64,000 nt of DNA from Octopus vulgaris (GCA_951406725.2 OX597825.1:44764001-44828000), one strand, 5' to 3'. Shown: positions 12,915 to 24,138, counted from the stretch's first letter. A program made the numbers and translations. Notes: generated by a model from the letters alone, not told the origin.

Positions 12915-13383
12915 GAGTGAGAGAGCAGTGCATACCATCAAAGTGACACTGAGGTAAAATATACGAAGCCCAGAATACCCATCATGACTAACCGTCTGAT
13001 TAGAGTACACCAGGCACATGCATCACAATCATATGTGCGCGGCACATATCAAGATAAACAGCACATGACCTTGCAGGTCGAGTTACCCATCCAACTCAAA
13101 AGGTCCCTGAATAAGTCCTTGAATTTGTTTAAGGATGTTGAACAAGACATTTTGCCAGAGGTGAATTATTCAAACCCCACTACTGCTCGTGATCAGAGAC
13201 GCACATATTGTCAGCCACTAAGATACATGCTCAACTGGTTAAGGCCAAACAACTGACAAGCAAATCTGTGGTATTTCTGTCGCCCATCTTTTATACCAAG
13301 ACAAAACGTTGTACATGACAATACTTCTATTCAGTTAAGATCAGAAGCCATGACAGCCAGTGCCTGGAACTACAACAGGGCTT
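12915..13383 (-). mobile_element. Non-coding interspersed repeat, copy 1 (internally deleted), flanked by (TAA/CAA)n
   Basis: Same termini as copies 2 and 3: GAGTGAGAGAGCAGT...CAGGGC(A)TTT. Strand inferred from the (AAT)n tail. Confidence 0.8.
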
Positions 13384-13387
13384 TATT

Positions 13388-13441
<54 letters not shown>

Positions 13442-13507
13442 GCTGCTGCTGCTGCTGATGTTGTTGTTGTTGTTGTTGTTGCTGTTGTTATTGTTGTTGT
13501 TATTATG

Positions 13508-13569
<62 letters not shown>

Positions 13570-13608
13570 CGGACGCTAAATGAATGAATGATTATGATGA
13601 TGATGATG

Positions 13609-13656
<48 letters not shown>

Positions 13657-14214
13657 GAGTGAGAGAGCAGTGCATGCCATCAAAGTGACACTGGGGTAAA
13701 ATATACGAAGCCTAGTATACCCATCATGACTACCCGTCTGATAAGGGTACACCAGGCACATACATCACAACCATATGTGCGCGACATGGTGATCTCATAT
13801 GAAGATAAACAGCACATGACCTTGCAGGTGGGGCCCAGTTAGAATTTTCTTCTGGTCAAGTAACCCATCTCGCTCAAAAGGTCCCTGAATAAGGGTTGTT
13901 TAAGGATGTTGAATGAAACACCTATGTTTCCAGAGGTGAATTATTCAAACTCCATAGAATCCCCCTCAACACATGGCTATGATGCTCCCCCACTACTTCC
14001 GCTCGTGATCAGAGAAGCACATATTGTCAGCCACTAAGGGACATGCTCAACTGGTTATGGTCAAACAACTGACAAGCAAATCTGTGGTATTGAGCAGAAT
14101 ATTTGCTGTAGCCCATCCATCTTTTATACCAAGACAAAACAATGTACATGATAACACTTCCAATCTGTTAAGATCAGAAGCCATGAGAGCCACTGCCTGG
14201 TACTGCATCAGGGC

Positions 14215-14218
<4 letters not shown>
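13657..14218 (-). mobile_element. Non-coding interspersed repeat, copy 2
   Basis: Highly similar to 14264-14820; bounded by (ATT)n on both sides. Confidence 0.85.
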
Positions 14219-14263
<45 letters not shown>

Positions 14264-14816
14264 GAGTGAGAGAGCAGTTCATGCCATCAAAGTGACACTG
14301 GGGTAAAATATACGAAGCCCAATATACCCATCATGACTACCCGTCTGATAAAGGTACACCAGGCACATGCATCACAACTATATGTGCGCGACATGGTGAT
14401 CTCATATGAAGATAAACAGCACATGACCTTGCAGGTGGGGCCCAGTTAGAATTTTCTTCAGGTTGAGTAGCCCATCCCGCTCAAACGGTCCCTGAATAAG
14501 GGTTGTTTAAGGATGTTGAAAGAACCACCCATGTTTCCAGAGGTGAACTATTCAAACCCCAAAGAATCCCTCTCAACACATGGCTATGATGCCCCCCACT
14601 ACTTCTGCTCGTGATCAGAGATGCACATATCGTCAGCCACTAAGGGACATGCTCAACTGGTTAAGGTCAAACAACTGACAAGCAAATCTGTGGTATTGAG
14701 CAGAATATTTGCTGTAACCCATCTTTTATACCAAGACAAAACAATGTACATGATAACACTTCCAATCAGTTAAGATCAGAAGCCATGAGAGCCACTGCCT
14801 GGTACTGCATCAGGGC

Positions 14817-14820
<4 letters not shown>
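14264..14820 (-). mobile_element. Non-coding interspersed repeat, copy 3
   Basis: Same sequence and termini as copy 2; bounded by (ATT)n. Confidence 0.85.
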
Positions 14821-14877
<57 letters not shown>

Positions 14878-14921
14878 TTTTTTTTTTTTTTTTTTTTTTT
14901 TTTATTATTATTATTATTATT

Positions 14922-15335
14922 GCCTTCGCACAGCTTCTAACGCTGGAGATGTACTACAGTGTCAGTTGTTCACTACTAAGGTAACACCTCTTATTTTTCG
15001 AGCACCTTCCAGAGTATTCGAGCGGTTCCAAGCAGTGCTGTTTTCTGCAAGTGCTCCACCCTTATTGCAACTCCTATTTTTTCCACGTACTTCTCGAGAT
15101 TTTTGCTCACTGTTCACAGGGCTCCGACAATTACTAGTACTACTGCTACTTTTTTCATCGACCACAACTGCTTAACTTCCCAAGCTAACCTGTCATATCT
15201 CTCAACTTTTCTGTCTTCCTTATCGCATACCGTGTTGTCAGCTGGGCATGCTATATCTATGATCCACCATAGTTTGTTTTCTTTCTCAATTAAGACTATG
15301 TCTGGCTTTGTTTTTTTTCTGAATTAAGACTATGT
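14922..15335 (-). mobile_element. R4/Dong-like 3' fragment (restriction-like endonuclease end + TAA tail)
   Basis: Minus strand reads PDIVLIEKENKLWWIIDIACPAD...EHLQKTALLGTAR, then a short UTR ending in (AAT)n. Confidence 0.85.
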
Positions 15336-15360
15336 CCAGTTTGTCATCATCATCATCATC

Positions 15361-15413
<53 letters not shown>

Positions 15414-15599
15414 TATTGTTGTTGTTGTTGATGTTATTAAACTTCCAGTAGAACAAAAAGGACGCAAAAGGAAAAACCAAAGGTCAAAAGACCAACTTCT
15501 GACAGAATGTGTCATGAATTCGTACATATACAAATACGCATACATATTTTTGTACGTATGTGTGCGTGTTATTATTATTATTACTAGTACTACTATTAT

Positions 15600-18130
15600 T
15601 ACTATTATTATTAAAATTAAATTAAATTCAAAGTTAGCAAACACTGAAATTTCAAAATTAAACCGGAATAACTGCGACGTCATCAGTCTTCGTTTTTTCA
15701 CAAAAGGTAGCAGAAGGAAGGAAAGGAAAAAAAAAACAAAAAGAAAGAAAAGAATTGAAAAAAAAAATTGTTCACTCAAAATTATAGTATAAATATGGTG
15801 GAATTCCTCCAAGCTGAGATGTCAAGAGTTCACAAATATATATTTATCCTCATGGGTTTTGAGGACTGAAAGTGCAGGGGAATGAGGGTGATTTTTGAGA
15901 ATGTGCACCTTCAGGTCCTCCTCAAATTTACACCCTTTTGATGTGAAATGCTCCACAAGTTCCGTGGATCGACTGTTATTGCACCTGACGTCGTACCTAT
16001 GCCCATTAAATCTTTTTTGTAATCGTTCTGTTGTGCAACCAGCATAAATCATTTTGTGTTTAATGCATTCCACTGCATGCACCAAATGGGAATCTCTACA
16101 GGTCTCTCCTTCTGTATCAATCATAACATTTGTTATAATTCTTGCTGGAATTGGTAAGGCTCGTGTTATTGCACAACGAGCAGGGTGTTTTGGGTGGTAT
16201 AGCGTTCAGAAACTCCAATGGACCTTTTATTAACGACACTGGTGAATATTTCTCTAATATTTCTATTACGTCTAAAGGCTACAATATGCAGAAGAGGAAA
16301 TATTTGTCGGAAATGAGGATATTTTTCTGAAACATGCTGGTAACTGTCATACAACACTTTTGAAATGCCAACGAAACTTCGGTGCCAGTTAATCAATAAA
16401 GGAATTCGGTCATAAACTCTTTTCTGACTGCTAAAATTAGGCGTGAAAATTTGATCACCACTAATTTCAGCTATGTCATTCGCAATTTCCTTTGATCTTG
16501 ATTCATTATAACCGCGCTTTACATAAAAGGCGCACCAAAGTATTTGCCTATTTCCAATAATCCCCAATGTCTTATCCTCAAAAACTAAGATTTTGGATTT
16601 TATCTGATTGTATAATGTGGATGATCATAGCGGCGGTGGAGATAAATATGGGATGACTGTTCGGCCTTCCGAAAACTTGACTTTTGTGTCCTAAAATTAG
16701 ACGCTAGTATTTGAAAAGCTCGACGTGAATTTTATCTTGGACTTAAAACCATAGTCTTCTGCGAAGCAGTCACAGAAATTTAAAAAATGACTAAACTAAC
16801 CTGTTTTCCTTCCCAGACAAAAGAAAGGCGTCGTCAATGAACCATAAGCAGAGTATAGGTTCGTGATCAGGCAGAGATTTAGATGTCTCCATTAATTGCG
16901 TTTCAAATTTTGTCATGAAGGCATTTGCGAAATTAACTGCCATAGGGGTACCCATGGCGCATCCCTTCGTTTGATGGAAACATTTTTTCTCCAAACTTCA
17001 TTGTGTTACTTTGTATGCACAAATTTTAATAATTCACAGAGAAACTTTGAAGGAATACTTTTCTTTGACGATTTTTCAAAGGCTTTCATGCATGCTTCCA
17101 CCCCAACATCGTGATCGATGTTGGGGTATAAGGAACAAACATCCATGGTTACAAAAAAAAAACGGTCTTTAACACTACTTCGGTGTTTAGAAAATTTGTT
17201 CAATTTGGAAACAAAATCAAAAGTTTCCCGAATGTAGGAATTTGATCTTTCAGCTACTGAGAGCAGAAAGCCATCCAAGCATTCTGAAATTTTAGCAATG
17301 CATTCATACCCAGTGCAAATTGGGCGCAATTATGGAAATTTTTCGAATTTTTTATGTATTTTTGGAAGACCGTAAAATACAGATGTTCTTCTTTCTGAAC
17401 GTAATAGCTTAGATTCCATGTCATTTATAAAATTCTTTTTCTACATTTCCAAAATTATAAGTTCCTCTCTGTAATTGGGGTTTGGATCTACAGGTAGTTC
17501 TTCATAAGTTTTGTCAATTAAAACTTCTTCACAAGCTGAAATGTACTCGTTCTTGTCCATAATTATAATAGCACCTCCTTTATCCACCATCTTAATAACA
17601 ATAGAATCATTGTTTGCTAGGCGACGGAGTGTGCTACGCTAGGAATCCGTAAGGTTAACCAGCTCTTTTTCCTACAGGAAATTCCTATCTAACAAGATTT
17701 GAGAAATTCCAACAGTGCTTGTGAACGTCCGGATACCAATTTGGATTCTTTAAAATCCAATTATGCCAGATCCGATCATCATCATTTCTTTCAACAAACA
17801 TGGGATTTTCAGACTCCCCGTTACCAATTCTTTCAAACAAAATGTTCTTGAAGCTTGTGACGGTGGACAAACTGATATAATCCTTGTGTTCATTTATTTT
17901 TGCCAAAATTCTTAGTGCTTGGGCAGAAACTAAGTCCAAGTTCTAAGACAGAGATATCGTCTGGTGAAAGTTTTAACTTTGATAAATTTATTGCCGTCTT
18001 ATTTTCTAACATGGTTGATTTTCTTGGTCTAGAGTTTTCCTTAGCATTACTTGCATCATATTTTTTACTCTCTTTTTGGGGGCTTTGATGGAAATCCTCA
18101 CTTAAAACATGGAATCTGTTAGGTGTCAAA
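15600..18130 (-). mobile_element. Penelope-like element (N-terminal region, RT, GIY-YIG), frameshifted
   Basis: AINLSKLKLSPDDISVLELGLSFCPS; VIKMVDKGGAIIIMDK; FVTMDVCSLYPNIDH; QTKGCAMGTPMAVNFANAFM; WFIDD; VECIKHKMIYAGCTTERLQKRFNGHR. Confidence 0.92.
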
Positions 18131-18225
18131 AATGCTGTTGATAATTTTGTGAAGGGTCACAACTTCTACTCGTCTTTGTCGATGTAACCCATATCTGGGT
18201 GGGTGATAAAAAGTGTGTGACTTTT

Positions 18226-18543
18226 TTAGTTTTTGTTGGCATTTGAAACATTTTCTTTTTTTAGAAAAGGAACAAATTTATTGTCCTCAAGCCATTTTTG
18301 ATTGATCAAATAGAAACTTTTTTCTGGTGAGTTTCCAATGACCTGTTCAAATGCGTATGCTAGCGCAAAAAGACCACAATCGTACGGACCAGCCTGGGGA
18401 TTAATTATTTCAACTTGTTTAATTGTAGGTGTTATGTTGTTTTGTGGCGAGTAGAGAGTAATTATCTGCGTGGTTAGTTCTTGTAAGATGGATAAATTTA
18501 AACTGTCATATACATAGACGTCTCCGAAAATTTTAATTTTCAT
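18226..18543 (-). pseudogene. Ulp1/SENP (peptidase C48)-like cysteine protease fragment
   Basis: VYVYDSL (catalytic Asp region) and PQAGPYDCGLFALAYA (oxyanion Gln + catalytic Cys). The catalytic His is not visible. Confidence 0.75.
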
Positions 18544-18803
18544 ATTATAATTTGGGCTTGGCTCAGGTTCAGTCTTATTCCTGGTAGGAATTATGTGGAT
18601 AGCTCATAGTTCATTGTTTTCTTGCTTTTTATTTTTTGTTTCATTTTTGTTTATATTTTTTCTTTTCGTCAAGTCATTTAGTGTCCAGTTAGGAATATTA
18701 TAACTATAACTTATAAATGGGACAGCGAGATTATTGATGCCTCTTACCTTATTTTTCTGACTTAAGCATTAATCTAATTCGCTTATAATATTCCTTCCTC
18801 AAA

Positions 18804-19210
18804 GGCGGCGAGCTGGCAGAAGCGTTAGCACGCCGGGCGAAACACTTAGCGGTATTTCGTCTGCCGCTACGTTCTGAGTTCAAATTCCTCTGAAATTTGC
18901 CTTTCATCCTTTCGAGATCGATTAAATAAGTACCAGTTACGCACTAGGGTCGACGTAATCGACTTAACCCCTTTGTCTGTCCTTGTTTGTCCCTTGTTGG
19001 CAATAAAGACATAAGAAACGTTAGCCTGCCGGGCGAAATGCTTAGCGGTATTTCGTCTTTACGTTCTGAGTTCAAATCCCGCCGAGGTCGACTTTGCCTT
19101 CCATCCTTTCGAGGTCGACAAATTAAGTACCAGTTGCATACTGGGGTAGATCTAATCGACTGCTTCCTCCCCTAAAATTTCGGGCCTTGTGTCTAGAGCA
19201 GAAAAGAATA
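18804..19210 (+). mobile_element. SINE dimer (same family as 1-1017)
   Basis: GGCGGCGAGCTGGCAGAAGCGTTAGC...GAGTTCAAAT...CATCCTTTCGAG occurs twice. Confidence 0.88.
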
Positions 19211-19549
19211 TTCCTTTCTCATCTTGTTTGCTTTGTGTTTGGTGTACACTGACTAGTCAATCCAGTTCACTGATTCCTGGGTATTTGTTTGAGTTTGGTC
19301 TAATTATCTTATTTGAATTTCTTTATCTAGTATGATAAAACTATAGTAGTTAGTTTTAGTCTCTTCAAGGTTGCTTTGGCGCATTTTTCTGATAGAAAAC
19401 CGTTAGTGGAGAGAAGGAGTCTCTTTGGATTATTCCTCTTCTAATGGGGATGGATTTAGCTTTATTTTATTTCCCTCTTTTGTCTTTTGCTGCTGAACTG
19501 ATCACCATTTCCTCATGATAAATGTTTTGTGTATTATTTTCCTCATGGC

Positions 19550-20570
19550 TAGTATTTTCAGAATCCACATGATGGCAGTGGGAAATGCTCAGAACATCTT
19601 TTGTTTCTGCAGTTTTCAATTGTGAGTTTCTCTTCTTCTGGAAACATGTTGTTTTCTTCCATATGTCTGCTTACTGTCAGTGATATTAATGCAGGTAAGA
19701 CTTTGTTAAGTGGCAGAGGTACATAATATGGGTTTGTAGTTTTGTGGGTGTGTGATTTCATTAGATTTGACAATTAAAATTATTTTCCTTTCGTTGTGTC
19801 TAGGGAGAGTCATTAAGCCAATATTAATAACACACGCACTTGTTCAATTCCACTCTTTTATTATTAGTCAATTGGTTAAATATCCGACTAACTAATCGAG
19901 TGTTTGTTTAACTTGGTTAAACAGTTAGTCGTTTGTTTGGGTTTTGTTTGTCTTGTTTTTTTCGTCAAAGGTCTTTCGTTGCTATCTGCAACCCTTCTAG
20001 TGGCTTTTATTTTAGTCTGTTACGCGTTTGTCGTCTGTCTGAGACCTTGATGCGTGCGAGTGTTTAACCAAGTTACACAAACAAACAAATAGTTAGTTGG
20101 ATATTAAACTAAATGACTAATGATAAAGGAGTGGAACTGGACCAGTGCATGTGTTATTAATATTGGTGTAATGACTCTCCCTAGACACCATAAAATTTGT
20201 TTGAACACACGAATTATCTCATTCCCGTCAGCGTATCACTAAACTTCTCGTCCAACTCCTTATCTGTCCTTGTTAAATAATTTAATCAAAAGTTGGGGAT
20301 CTTGTCGCTTCCTGGTGCCTTCCATTTGTTTGATTTTTGCAGAACCTGGTTTATTTATTCCGTTATTATGAGTGTCCAAGTTTGTTCAAGTGCTGAGTTT
20401 ATTGTTTTGTTCAATATTTTCCTGCGTGATTCCTTCGCAGCCTTTAATGCTTCCAGAAATACTTCTAATTTTGTTGGTAATATCTTCTGCATTGATCTCT
20501 CTATTTTATTTTAACCAAGTTAAATATCTGAGGGAGTATCGGCTTTCCTTTGTGACTACAGAAGTTGCTA
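19550..20570 (-). mobile_element. R4/Dong-like RT N-terminal relic interrupted by a MITE
   Basis: WKAPGSDKIPNF at ~20290-20325 and RHMEENNMFPEE at ~19630-19670. Confidence 0.6.
19795..20188. mobile_element. MITE-like element with ~130-bp diverged terminal inverted repeats
   Basis: GTGTCTAGGGAGAGTCATTA...ACTTGGTTAAAC versus GTTTAACCAAGT...TAATGACTCTCCCTAGACAC. Confidence 0.8.
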
Positions 20571-20714
20571 CATATTTTATTTAGCCTGTTTATGTTGATG
20601 TTTGTATCTGTTATCATTAAGCCTGTGAACGTCAAATTTATGTATTCCACTGTAACTAGGTACATAAAATCTTCGAACAGACGGTCAGTAGCGACACGTG
20701 CGGGTCTGACTACG

Positions 20715-20755
20715 CTGCATTGATAAAGGGCAACAACCCTGAAACATGTCTGCAG
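20715..20755 (+). ncRNA. Minimal type I hammerhead ribozyme, U3:A8 variant
   Basis: CTGCA-TTGATAA-AGGG(CAACAA)CCCT-GAAAC-AT-GTC-TGCAG; all three stems pair; GUC cleavage triplet. Confidence 0.85.
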
Positions 20756-20932
20756 ATGTCTGACTAGCAAGGTGAAGCGGCTGACCTCCCCTGTTCGAAG
20801 GTTGTAATATGGTAGTCTATAAATATAAGATTAAAGCTGTCGCTGATTAGCTAGCTATATGACACATGAACCTGTGTCCATTACAACCTTCGAACAGGGG
20901 AGGTGAGCCGCTTCACCTTGCTAGTCAGACAT

Positions 20933-20972
20933 CTCAGACACGTTCCAGGGTTGTTGCCCTTTATCAATGCAG
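20933..20972 (-). ncRNA. Inverted copy of the U3:A8 hammerhead, degenerate (GGAAC)
   Basis: Minus strand: CTGCA-TTGATAA-AGGG(CAACAA)CCCT-GGAAC-GT-GTC-TGAG. Confidence 0.65.
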
Positions 20973-21862
20973 CGTAGTCAGACCCGCAGGTGTCGCTACT
21001 GACCGTCTGTTCGAAGATTTTATTTACCTAGATACAGTGGAATACATCCACTGTTCGAAGGTTGTAATAGACGCAGGTTCGTGTGTCATATAGCTAGCTA
21101 GAGGCGATGGCCTCTTGGAGCTAATCAGCGACAGCTTTAGTGTTATATTTATAGACTACCATATTAGTATGGCGATAACTATTAATATCCAGTAACGCTG
21201 CCGTAATCTCCTTTAGAGAGACTTAGTAATTTTAATATTTCTATTATATATATATATATATCAGGAATTATATTCTCCTTGATTTGACAAGTCATCTGTT
21301 TACAAGCTGACCACAGACGGACACACAGACACGGGCTCCTATCAGCTGCCTGACCAACAAAATCAGCAGTTCTCTTTCTCTCTACCCGCTGCCTGACAGA
21401 CTCCCACACATACACAGGCGCGCACACACATACATGTAGGTAGGGTCCCACACCTATATAAGATAGCCTTAATTCTTAAAACAATCCGAACATTAACTTT
21501 AGTTATACAGAATATATTCACACCCTTTGGTTTTCAGTATTTCTTCCACTACCAGGGTTGACCGCAGTCTGACCTTGATTTATTCCAACGGACTTTTTCG
21601 TCGGCCTCCACCCCCCCCCCTGACGTCAACGCATATTGAGAGACAGTTTTGTGCTTTTTCATGGGCTCCTAAGGAGCGTTTTGTTCGAATACCTTGCTGC
21701 GCATTTGTTTTGGATTTTTAAATTCCTGGATTTTCCTGAAGAGAATGCTGCAAAATGGTCTCCTTATTCAATCCGAATTTGGAAATTTGCGGCCTTTGAA
21801 ACATGTGTAGAAAATAATAAAAGGAATTCTGTAGCATCTTCGTTCAGCTCCATTTCTTCCCT

Positions 21863-21908
<46 letters not shown>

Positions 21909-21979
21909 GGCGAGAATACTCGTTATAAATATCACCCCAGTGGCCTAGCATATATAAAAAGTCAATAGACAACATATTC

Positions 21980-22207
21980 GTATTTCAAAATAGAAAATTG
22001 CCCTTTAACAGGTAATTTTTACATGCTAGAAATAGCAGCCCAAACACAGCCAAAAGCCACAATTTTATAGCAAATTTCGAAGTAAAGGTTTTTATTTTTC
22101 ATTTACTTCCGAATTTGCTATAAAATTGTGGCTTTTGGCCGTGTTTGGCTGCTATTTCTAGAATGTAAAAATTACTTGTTAAAGGGTAATTTTCTATTTT
22201 GAAATAC

Positions 22208-22208
<1 letters not shown>
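21980..22208. repeat. Inverted repeat, ~107-bp arms with ~15-nt loop
   Basis: CGTATTTCAAAATAGAAAATT...CGAAGTAAA versus TTTACTTCCG...AATTTTCTATTTTGAAATACG. Confidence 0.9.
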
Positions 22209-22252
<44 letters not shown>

Positions 22253-22340
22253 CAAGGAAAAATTGTAAAAATGCAGAATGCTAAATTGAAAGAAAATTTT
22301 AATGAAATGAGAAATTCATAAAATATATAAATATATATTA

Positions 22341-22380
22341 ATTCAAACCGGTTTTCGTCATAATGTGACTTTTCAAGAAT
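22341..22380 (-). ncRNA. U3:A8 hammerhead-like motif
   Basis: Minus strand: ATTC-TTGAAAA-GTCA(CATTA)TGAC-GAAAA-CCGG-TTT-GAAT; weak UUU cleavage triplet. Confidence 0.6.
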
Positions 22381-23174
22381 TGTTAGGTAAAAATTTTTTT
22401 TTAAAGTGAGAAAGGGGAAAAAAGAAAATTGCATTGTTTTTTGCAAAAGAATAATAATAAATATGTACAAAAATTTTTAAATAAGTACTCCGATACATTG
22501 TGAATTCTTTGTGTATCTTGAGTTTAATGATTGTTCACGAAAAAATTACCTTGAAGTATTAGGATCCAATGGGATTAAAACCATGTGTTGTTTAGTTTAA
22601 TTAAGGATGTTGGCAAAACAGGAAGTAGTAGTAATTGTAGTTCTTCAGTTCCTGTGTTGTGAATAAGGGGAGACAACTCTTTTGAGTTCTTCACTTTGTG
22701 TTTATCAACTTTTTGTAATAATTTTTTGCATGCTTAAAACCGTTAATTGAAAGGACCAATGAAACAAATCCATTTTTAAAGGTGTCTACTTCTACTAGTT
22801 TTGATTATAACGTTATTTCTGTTCCATTACAACAAAAGTGTCCGACGAATGGGAACGTGAACCTCTGAATAACAGCTTTTGTTATATTTCTGCTGATTTT
22901 AAATAAAACATATTACTCTACCTCTGGTATTTGAGTACTCTTTTTTCCACCTTGTCCCACACATCTTATTTCACATTTATGTGCTTACTCCGGTGTATAT
23001 ATATATAACGTAAAGTATACTAGCCAACTCAATATGGCTAACCACTAAGGGTGGGTGTTACTGTAGCTTTTAGCCCCAGGAGATCATCGTCTCCAGCTGT
23101 CTTTAGGCACACTTTCTTTGCACTTATGGTATTTGCAAAGGAAGGTCATCCCTCTCTCGTAAACCCAAGTGATA

Positions 23175-23219
23175 CGCACGGACTGCAGTTTCGAGGTATT
23201 TGCCTCTTGTCAACGTACG
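23175..23219 (-). ncRNA. Minimal type I hammerhead ribozyme, U3:A8 variant
   Basis: Minus strand: CGTACG-TTGACAA-GAGG(CAAATA)CCTC-GAAAC-TGCA-GTC-CGTGCG. Confidence 0.88.
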
Positions 23220-23346
23220 GTAATCACCGGTTTTCGATGAAGAGAGACCTGTTTGCAAATATCTATTTAAGGTTTTTCCCAGTAACTACTGTCACTGATT
23301 TCGAAAAACTGTCTGCAAGCAATAATAAATCTCTGAACGTGATTAG

Positions 23347-23391
23347 CGTACGTTGACAAGAGGCAAATACCTCGAAACTGCAGTCCGTGCG
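23347..23391 (+). ncRNA. Minimal type I hammerhead ribozyme, U3:A8 variant
   Basis: CGTACG-TTGACAA-GAGG(CAAATA)CCTC-GAAAC-TGCA-GTC-CGTGCG. Confidence 0.88.
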
Positions 23392-23543
23392 TATCATTTA
23401 GGTTTACGAGAGAGGGATGACCTCCCTTTGCAAATACCATAAGTGCACAGAAAGTGTGCCTAAAGCCAACTGGAGACGATGGCTAGTATACTTTACGTTG
23501 TCGAGCGGTAAATGTTTACATCTCGTTCAGAGATTTAGTATTG

Positions 23544-23613
<70 letters not shown>

Positions 23614-23701
23614 GGAGAGCACAAGAATGAGACCTGGATATTAGATGAACAGAGGATTATTTATGTACGGTATAATTCAGAAAAGACAGTAAGTTATCAT
23701 T

Positions 23702-23760
23702 ATAGTACTCGGAGTCTCGAATGTCGGAGCGAAGAGATACGATGCATTCTCGTCGGCTAT
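23702..23760 (-). ncRNA. Degenerate hammerhead motif in a solo pLTR-like repeat
   Basis: Minus strand: ATAG-CCGACGA-GAATG...CATTC-GAGAC-TCCGA-GTA-CTAT; stems intact, core mutated at two positions. Confidence 0.55.
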
Positions 23761-24065
23761 TAACGGCAATAGATGCTATGAAAAACCGTTGAATAAAAGG
23801 GAAGTTACTCTATTAGGTAGGAAAATAAAGAAGATAAAAAATACACGCAAACTTATTCTCACAATACATAGACATAAACCGCCTGTGTACATAACGTCTA
23901 CATACGTAGACACACAAGCATGTATACCTACATATACATACATATCCACACACGCATATATGTATATGTATGCACATTGTACGCATATGTGTACACAGGT
24001 TTTTGCATACATACGCATAACATAAAACATATATTTAGAATCTTATACATATAAATATACGTATA

Positions 24066-24122
<57 letters not shown>

Positions 24123-24138
24123 GCATACATTCATACTC

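Larger units (their letters stand above)
20640..21166. mobile_element. Non-coding double-foldback element carrying hammerheads
   Basis: 20640-20808 is inverted at 20880-21047; the loop region ~20806-20887 is inverted again at ~21062-21166. Confidence 0.85.
23007..23499. mobile_element. ~490-bp non-coding foldback element with intact hammerheads on both strands
   Basis: 20-bp perfect terminal IR AACGTAAAGTATACTAGCCA/TGGCTAGTATACTTTACGTT; inner arms ~23085-23227 and ~23339-23481. Confidence 0.88.

Noticed and set aside
15655-15692. CTGATGA on minus just 3' of the PLE GIY-YIG ORF
   Set aside because: The position suits a hammerhead and an ACCGG remnant is present, but GAAA and the stems are lost, so it was not called.
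18804-18890. tRNA gene
   Set aside because: The tRNA-like head belongs to a SINE; no complete cloverleaf.
22845-22885. CCGACGA...GAATAACAGCT hammerhead-like remnant (a similar one at 6681-6718 on minus)
   Set aside because: Too degenerate; the stems cannot be closed.
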